A DNA stretch of 64,000 bases, taken from contig CAZDOJ010000001.1 of NCBI GenBank assembly GCA_964507055.1, forward strand, positions 721,313-785,312. Direction: 5' to 3'. The position numbers and the translations under genes are program-made. Position 1 is the stretch's first letter; every line of letters begins with the position of its first letter. The notes beneath the pieces were generated by a model. It was not told the origin of the DNA and searched no databases. It was given only the letters and a program-made list of their open reading frames with translations. The DNA is from an uncultured Gammaproteobacteria bacterium. Lineage in GTDB: Bacteria > Patescibacteriota > Microgenomatia > Levybacterales > UBA12049. Positions 59,148 to 64,000 of this stretch are shown piece after piece.

Positions 59148-60377
59148 TTAGAGAGATTTTCGTGGCCCATCTTCCGGCCCATCTTCTTCACCTGACCAAT
59201 CAACTTCTCCTCCCAATGAATCAAGGGGAGAGTCGTCTGAATCCAATGGAGGCATAGAAGGTGGCGGCGTTTTAGGAGCTTCATGTGTAATCCACACACC
59301 CATTGGATCAAAGCCAGTTACCTCAGCAGTTCGTTGATCAATAGTTAATGGATCTCGGAGATCTGCAATATAGTATTCGACTCCCAATAGACTTGGATCT
59401 GTTACTTTATATCCTAAAATTTCACTTACTTGGTCAACAACTTTTTGGGTTGCTGTAGCCCGAGCTTCCACAATCTCTTCGGCAGTTGGATCCTCTTTGC
59501 CAGCTAGGGCATCAGTTGTGAAAGCATCAATTTCCAGCTGCCAACGAGACTGTGCAGCTGCTATATTTTCTTTGACTGGTTGTGCATACATTTCCAATTC
59601 TTGAGCATTGGCACGCAATCCTTTTGTTTTGTCTATATATTCTCGAATTGCTTCACGCTCCAAATCTTGTCCTACAGTAGCTTCTCGCATTATTCGTGCA
59701 GCTTGTACACTATCGAATGCTTCTGCATACTTTCCACGTTCGAAATCGCCAAAAAATGTATCCATTCGCTCTCTAAGTCCTTCTGGATCAGTCATCCCTA
59801 CTCTATAAAAAATGGGACCGAGATTTCCATTACTATGGATCTTTTCCCCTGTAATAATACTGACTCTTTTTAGGACTTCTTCTTGTGCTCTTGAGTTGGC
59901 CTCAAATGGTGGATGATATTGCGAGTACCTATTAACAAGAGTTGTATGTTCTTCCTCAAACAGAAACTGAACAGCCTCAATATGACTTACGACCCCATAT
60001 CTAAAATCGGAATATTCGTTTACTTCATGTATACCGTCACTCGTGTGAGAGGGATCTCTGTGGTATCTTTCCCGAAATAATTGTAGGGTTATTTCATCCC
60101 GATGTTGGGTGAATGATTTTTCATCACGACCCTCTGAATAAGTATTTGGATGTTTCGAAGGTCTCTGATGTATATCATGGGTAAAAAGTTGTATCCCGGG
60201 ATCCCTAGGATCTATCATTCCTTTATCCAGCCATTCTTCCTGGGCAATTTCTTGGGCACGACGTGCGTATCTGCCACGGAATGTGAACCGTGAGGTTGCT
60301 TTAAAAGTTTCCCATCGTTCGCGGAAACCTTGTTTGGGTTGATCTGGTCTACCTGGTTGTGATTCTGGGTTTTTCAT
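59148..60377 (-). CDS. acidic cytoplasmic protein of unknown function sharing N- and C-terminal motifs with the adjacent sigma-like protein
   Basis: 409 aa, D/E/R-rich, no TM. N-terminus 'NPESQPGRPDQPKQGFRERWE'. C-terminal 34 aa 'PPLDSDDSPLDSLGGEVDWSGEEDGPEDGPRKSL' aligns without gaps to the tail of 60438..63239. Confidence 0.5.
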   Translation of the reverse strand: MKNPESQPGRPDQPKQGFRERWETFKATSRFTFRGRYARRAQEIAQEEWLDKGMIDPRDPGIQLFTHDIHQRPSKHPNTYSEGRDEKSFTQHRDEITLQLFRERYHRDPSHTSDGIHEVNEYSDFRYGVVSHIEAVQFLFEEEHTTLVNRYSQYHPPFEANSRAQEEVLKRVSIITGEKIHSNGNLGPIFYRVGMTDPEGLRERMDTFFGDFERGKYAEAFDSVQAARIMREATVGQDLEREAIREYIDKTKGLRANAQELEMYAQPVKENIAAAQSRWQLEIDAFTTDALAGKEDPTAEEIVEARATATQKVVDQVSEILGYKVTDPSLLGVEYYIADLRDPLTIDQRTAEVTGFDPMGVWITHEAPKTPPPSMPPLDSDDSPLDSLGGEVDWSGEEDGPEDGPRKSL

Positions 60378-60437
60378 AAAGAGTCATTATAATCGAAAGA
60401 TTAGGCACAAGCAAGTCTACAGTAAATATCTTATAGA

Positions 60438-63239
60438 TTACAGTGTCTTTTGCTGATCTGTTTCTGGACCATCATTGTCGCCAGACCAGTCCACACCAGA
60501 ATTTAACTCCTCCAATGAGATATCATCTTCAGAGAATTGCGGACGATCTTCACCTGATTGACCAGCGTGAGGAGTAGAACCTGGAAGTTTCTTTTCAAGA
60601 AGACCTTCTTTTTGCAGTGATCGGACAATCTTCCTTGTTTCATTAAATGTAAGCCCGGTAATTGTTGCTATTTCGTCCAATGTAGCATGAGGTCGTAACT
60701 GTATAATCTGATCTCGTTGTCGTTGTTGTGCTTCAAGAACTTCCTCTGTTGGAGAAGTATCTATTCCTTTCTTATCGAGAATAGCTTTTGCATCGTATAA
60801 GGATTCCAATGGATAATTGGTCTCTTCATGTATCTGTTTAATTGACTTACCAGCACGTAAACCGATAATCAGTGCTTCACGACGATCATTTCTCACAACA
60901 TCACTTGTATCTTGCCAGTTCACAACATACCCATAATCACCTGCCTCGGTCAACCTTCGAGCAATATTTTCTTCACTAAGATAGACCGTTCTTGAAATAT
61001 CTTTTATTCGGCTTCCTTCGTTATAAAGAGTAATAACCTCATCGTATCGATCACGTATTTCCTCAGCGGTTCGACCCTGAAGATCTGTAGGAATTTGAGA
61101 TAGTACTGTATCTACCATTGGCTTTATAAGTTCCCATGAAACCCTATCTTGCACTTTACTTGCATAGGTACTCCATGCATGACGCATAGATCTTGCATCG
61201 CTTTCTTGATCATCCATATGCGGTGCAAAAATCTCAGCAACTCTTGCTAAGGAGTATGGACTGCCGAAAGGATCTTCATTACCTGCTTGTGATTCAACTG
61301 TTGTAAAGTATGTTTGCTTGAGAGTGGAGAGATCAGTTCTTGAAAGATCCATTCGGCTGAGTAATTCTTCGGCAGCATCTCTTCGGTCAACAGACCAAGC
61401 AGCGTCATTTCCAATTCCCCGAATTAACCGAGCAGCAAGATCTGTGGATTGGTCTGGAGTTAGTTCATTCATAGCAGCCATTGCTTCTGCTCTTACAGTG
61501 GTCCATTCAGCAGGATCACTGTGATAAAACTTCCACAGGTGGTTATCACCTAAATATTTTTCTATTATTTGCACTTGAGGATCAAGTTCATCAGGCCGGA
61601 GTAGTTTTATTTCACCCTTCGCGAGTGCACGTATCGATTCAAGATCACCCTCCACCTTTAAAGCATCTGCGTGGATCAGATGTTCCATCAGATCATCGAC
61701 ACGTCCCATACTTTTATCCCAAGTAGTTGATCCCATACTATTCAAATTAACAGCTCTTACCCATGTATCTCTGATATCCCAAAGCCCTTGGGTATCTGTT
61801 TGCAATACTTCAGCAAGGATAGTTCCTGACTGCAATAGAAGATTTGGATCGGAGGTATTACTCTGATTTTCTACTGCCCATAAATACCGCTCGGTCAATA
61901 CATTAGAATCTAAGCCTTCAAGATCTACCCCTCTTAAAAGCTGTAAAGCAACGTATTTTGCATTCCCCTCTCTCCCCATTTTGCTAATGAGAGCTCTAGT
62001 AAACCACGTTCTTTCTTTTGTGTTTAATCTATTTATATCGTGCACTGCACCTTTGTATTCGTCACTTGCAGTTCGGCGATCAAGAAATCTCTTATACTGA
62101 CTGGCAAACAATCTATATTCCAAAGTTGCGGCATTAAACTCAGTCCTTTTTTCTTCAGCTTCGTTCGTTTCTGGTACTTCAGGGACTTCACCACCTTGTT
62201 GTACCCAATAATCCAGTATATGTTCATCTGTACTTAACTTTTGTAAAGTATTTTTATACACACGTCTAACAGTCATCGAAGAGATACCCATTCTTTCCGC
62301 TATTATCTCTTGTGTTACACCATCTTTGAAAACCGCTTCAAGAATATCCCGCTCTCGTTCTGTTAAACTCTCAGTCACAGTATCAAATACGTTATGAACA
62401 TCAACTGGTGTAGCCATAGACCTAGTAAGATATTCCTCTACTGTATCCTCTGGTACTACTCCTATTTCCTTAAAAATCATTCCAATGGCGGTTTGTATAT
62501 GTAAATCAATTGGCTGAGAATCCATCGTACTGAGATGTTCAGCAATAGCTTGTCTTGTAGGCATTTCTCCGTGTTGCTCGAAATAATTATTAGCAAATGA
62601 ATAGCCCTCCAGATAAACTAACTGAGCAATTCTGGGAATTCTAATCTCATCATCTTGTTGAACTCGTGCCTCAAAAATTGCACTTCTTACTCTTCTTGTA
62701 GCATATTGATAATAATCTACGCCTGAATCAGGATCATAGTCATCGAGTACATTGGTAAGCTCTGCTAGTCCTTCTTGAAACCTATCTTCAATTGTCATAT
62801 GCTTTGTGGTATGCCTTCGGGCAGGTCCAAGGATAATACCGAGACTACAGTTTAAAAGAAGTTGTGATACAGAATTACTCTCTGTAATTACTGCCTCGAA
62901 TTCCTGTTGAAATTTATTACTATTTTCTGGTGTATTGGTTCCAAAGGCTTCATTCGTTTGAATATCTGACAGTAACTCTGTACGCTGCGTATGCATTTGC
63001 TTTCGTGCTGAGGGTGTAGGATTCTCATTATAGTTATTGACTATAGATTTTTCTTGTGTGTATGCTCGAAACAAAACTGACCATTGACGCTGTGACAATT
63101 TCTGAGGATACCGAATAATTTTATTCCAGTAATCTGCATGCAAAGAAATGCTCCCAGCACCTTCTTCACGGGCTCTGTCAGCATATTCTTCTTCCCTAAA
63201 TCGGCGAGCAACCGCACCAGGTCTATTTCTCTCTGTCAT
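60438..63239 (-). CDS. atypical sigma-70-family protein with ~125-aa N-terminal and ~600-aa C-terminal extensions (extra HTH repeats)
   Basis: Region 2-like 'DRFQEGLAELTNVLDDYDPDSGVDYYQYATRRVRSAIFEARVQQDDEIRIPRIAQ' (compare canonical '..DLIQEGNIGLMKAV.KFD..RG.KFSTYATWWIRQAI......IRIP'). Region 4 'LTERERDILEAVFKDGVTQEIIAERMGISSMTVRRVYKNTLQKL'. Extra HTH-like units near the C-terminus. Tail 'PQFSEDDISLEELNSGVDWSGDNDGPETDQQKTL'. Confidence 0.6.
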   Translation of the reverse strand: MTERNRPGAVARRFREEEYADRAREEGAGSISLHADYWNKIIRYPQKLSQRQWSVLFRAYTQEKSIVNNYNENPTPSARKQMHTQRTELLSDIQTNEAFGTNTPENSNKFQQEFEAVITESNSVSQLLLNCSLGIILGPARRHTTKHMTIEDRFQEGLAELTNVLDDYDPDSGVDYYQYATRRVRSAIFEARVQQDDEIRIPRIAQLVYLEGYSFANNYFEQHGEMPTRQAIAEHLSTMDSQPIDLHIQTAIGMIFKEIGVVPEDTVEEYLTRSMATPVDVHNVFDTVTESLTERERDILEAVFKDGVTQEIIAERMGISSMTVRRVYKNTLQKLSTDEHILDYWVQQGGEVPEVPETNEAEEKRTEFNAATLEYRLFASQYKRFLDRRTASDEYKGAVHDINRLNTKERTWFTRALISKMGREGNAKYVALQLLRGVDLEGLDSNVLTERYLWAVENQSNTSDPNLLLQSGTILAEVLQTDTQGLWDIRDTWVRAVNLNSMGSTTWDKSMGRVDDLMEHLIHADALKVEGDLESIRALAKGEIKLLRPDELDPQVQIIEKYLGDNHLWKFYHSDPAEWTTVRAEAMAAMNELTPDQSTDLAARLIRGIGNDAAWSVDRRDAAEELLSRMDLSRTDLSTLKQTYFTTVESQAGNEDPFGSPYSLARVAEIFAPHMDDQESDARSMRHAWSTYASKVQDRVSWELIKPMVDTVLSQIPTDLQGRTAEEIRDRYDEVITLYNEGSRIKDISRTVYLSEENIARRLTEAGDYGYVVNWQDTSDVVRNDRREALIIGLRAGKSIKQIHEETNYPLESLYDAKAILDKKGIDTSPTEEVLEAQQRQRDQIIQLRPHATLDEIATITGLTFNETRKIVRSLQKEGLLEKKLPGSTPHAGQSGEDRPQFSEDDISLEELNSGVDWSGDNDGPETDQQKTL

Positions 63240-63526
63240 AATCGAATGATTATACTCCTGTTCTTCATCAAACTCAACCTATAGTGAGTTGACTCCAAAG
63301 AATAATTTATATTTAATAAAAAAGTTATGGGACATATAAATTATTTTACTATTCAACAATGATGAGCTTGACGAATTATTTTTTAATTGCTATAAATTTT
63401 ACACACCTTAATATTTTTTCAAATACTCTTCTGTATCTAAAATCTCATCATTTTATTAATTCCTTACAAAATATTTAATCATTTACACTTTTCTTACCAC
63501 TTTATGATTGAAAATTTATATGGGTC

Positions 63527-63555
63527 TTGACATAATAAAAGGTTGTTCATATACT
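63527..63555 (+). promoter_or_regulatory. consensus sigma-70 promoter TTGACA-17-TATACT
   Basis: TTGACA 63527-63532, 17-nt spacer, TATACT 63550-63555, ATG at 63572; sits at the 3' end of a ~330-bp >75% AT intergenic region. Confidence 0.5.
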
Positions 63556-63571
63556 GACTCACATAGCTCCT

Positions 63572-64000
63572 ATGAACAACTGCCCAGCCCAAAATCAACA
63601 GAAAGGAAGAACAGAAGTCAGTATTTTAGCCACGAATAATCCCACTCCAAAAGCTTCAAAGAAAGGAATCCTTTTTGCATTTGTAAATTGCTTCCTTATT
63701 ATCGTCTGCCTTTTACTCGCAGTCACCTCTGATCAATATAATTTGAATAAGATTTCAGAACTCGTTTCTCCTATGGCAGCGGCATCTGACACCAAACCAT
63801 CACTTACACCATTAAAAGAAACAAAAAAGGGATACCAAGTATATGGTTATGCTCCACATTGGACCTTTAACAAACTCGATGATGTTGATTTCGATGTCCT
63901 CACTACATTTGCTTATTTTGGAGTTCCGATGCAATCAGATGGAAGTTTAGATAGACAAGATAAAGGATATGAAGTATTCAAAAGTGACAAAGCAACACAA
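63572..64000 (+). CDS. membrane-anchored GH18-like glycoside hydrolase (chitinase-like), 3' end truncated by window edge
   Basis: Manual translation: MNNCPAQNQQKGRTEVSILATNNPTPKASKKGILFAFVNCFLIIVCLLLAVTS...KGYQVYGYAPHWTFNKLDDVDFDVLTTFAYFGVPMQSDGSL — signal-anchor then GH18-style 'GYQVYGYAPHW...TTFAYFG' strand motifs. Not in ORF track (runs off window). Confidence 0.45.
   Translation, partial: MNNCPAQNQQKGRTEVSILATNNPTPKASKKGILFAFVNCFLIIVCLLLAVTSDQYNLNKISELVSPMAAASDTKPSLTPLKETKKGYQVYGYAPHWTFNKLDDVDFDVLTTFAYFGVPMQSDGSLDRQDKGYEVFKSDKATQ

Noticed and set aside
59148-63239. Higher GC (~42-45% in sampled 60-mers) of the sigma-like operon versus ~22-32% in the glycosylation locus, which looked like horizontal-transfer evidence
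   Set aside because: - The lon gene sampled the same way is ~48% GC and the tRNA/stress-gene region is also GC-richer.
- The contrast therefore tracks soluble/conserved versus membrane (F/I/L/K/N-rich) protein composition rather than foreign origin.
- No flanking integrase, tRNA-attachment or direct repeats were seen.
1-64000. CRISPR arrays, tandem repeats, IS elements, integrases, prophage genes
   Set aside because: - I found no regularly spaced direct repeats.
- I found no transposase (DDE/HTH), recombinase or phage structural-protein-like translations in any long ORF.
- The only strong repeats are short hairpins, reported as terminators or operator.

Overview
This is an AT-rich (about 30-35% GC by eye), gene-dense bacterial chromosomal segment. 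It has the look of a small-genome CPR/Patescibacteria-like organism, though that taxonomic guess is inference only. I found no rRNA, CRISPR array, transposase or integrase.

(1) Positions 1-34087 form one huge, almost perfectly co-directional (minus-strand) cell-envelope glycosylation locus:
- a 3'-truncated rmlD and two tandem galE paralogs;
- at least 9 GT2 polyprenol-phosphate-sugar-synthase-like enzymes and 4 GT4 enzymes;
- 2 Wzx-like flippases;
- at least 11 polytopic GT-C-like membrane proteins, three of them clear GT39 (PMT/ArnT-like) paralogs;
- a SAM methyltransferase, a secreted Ser/Thr-rich protein, and one lone plus-strand 2-TM mini-protein.

(2) Positions 34.2-48.4 kb hold glutamine synthetase with a consensus promoter, Nudix, an Rsm22-like methyltransferase, an SDR, a tRNA-Glu(CUC) I folded by hand, small membrane proteins, DUF1003, MGMT and a long acyltransferase-3. 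They also hold a CsoR-DUF305(CopM-like)-DUF4396 copper module with a palindromic operator, a divergent AlkZ/YcaQ-like glycosylase, a secreted GH5 and a CaCA exchanger.

(3) Positions 48.4-59.1 kb hold Lon protease flanked by two paralogous single-domain receiver proteins, a sortase next to a 60-aa Thr-rich secreted peptide, a KGG/YeaQ/YtxH stress trio, Crp/Fnr, a cytoplasmic histidine kinase, a GH13 alpha-glucosidase and an OmpR regulator.

(4) Positions 59.1-63.2 kb are the most unusual part: a two-gene operon encoding a 933-aa sigma-70-family protein and a 409-aa acidic partner. The sigma-like protein has clear regions 2 and 4 followed by a roughly 600-aa cytoplasmic extension carrying three extra HTH units. 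The two proteins share a gap-free, roughly 50% identical 34-aa C-terminal tail (..VDWSG..DGPE...K[ST]L) and similar Arg-rich N-termini.

(5) The window ends with a consensus sigma-70 promoter and a truncated GH18-like gene.
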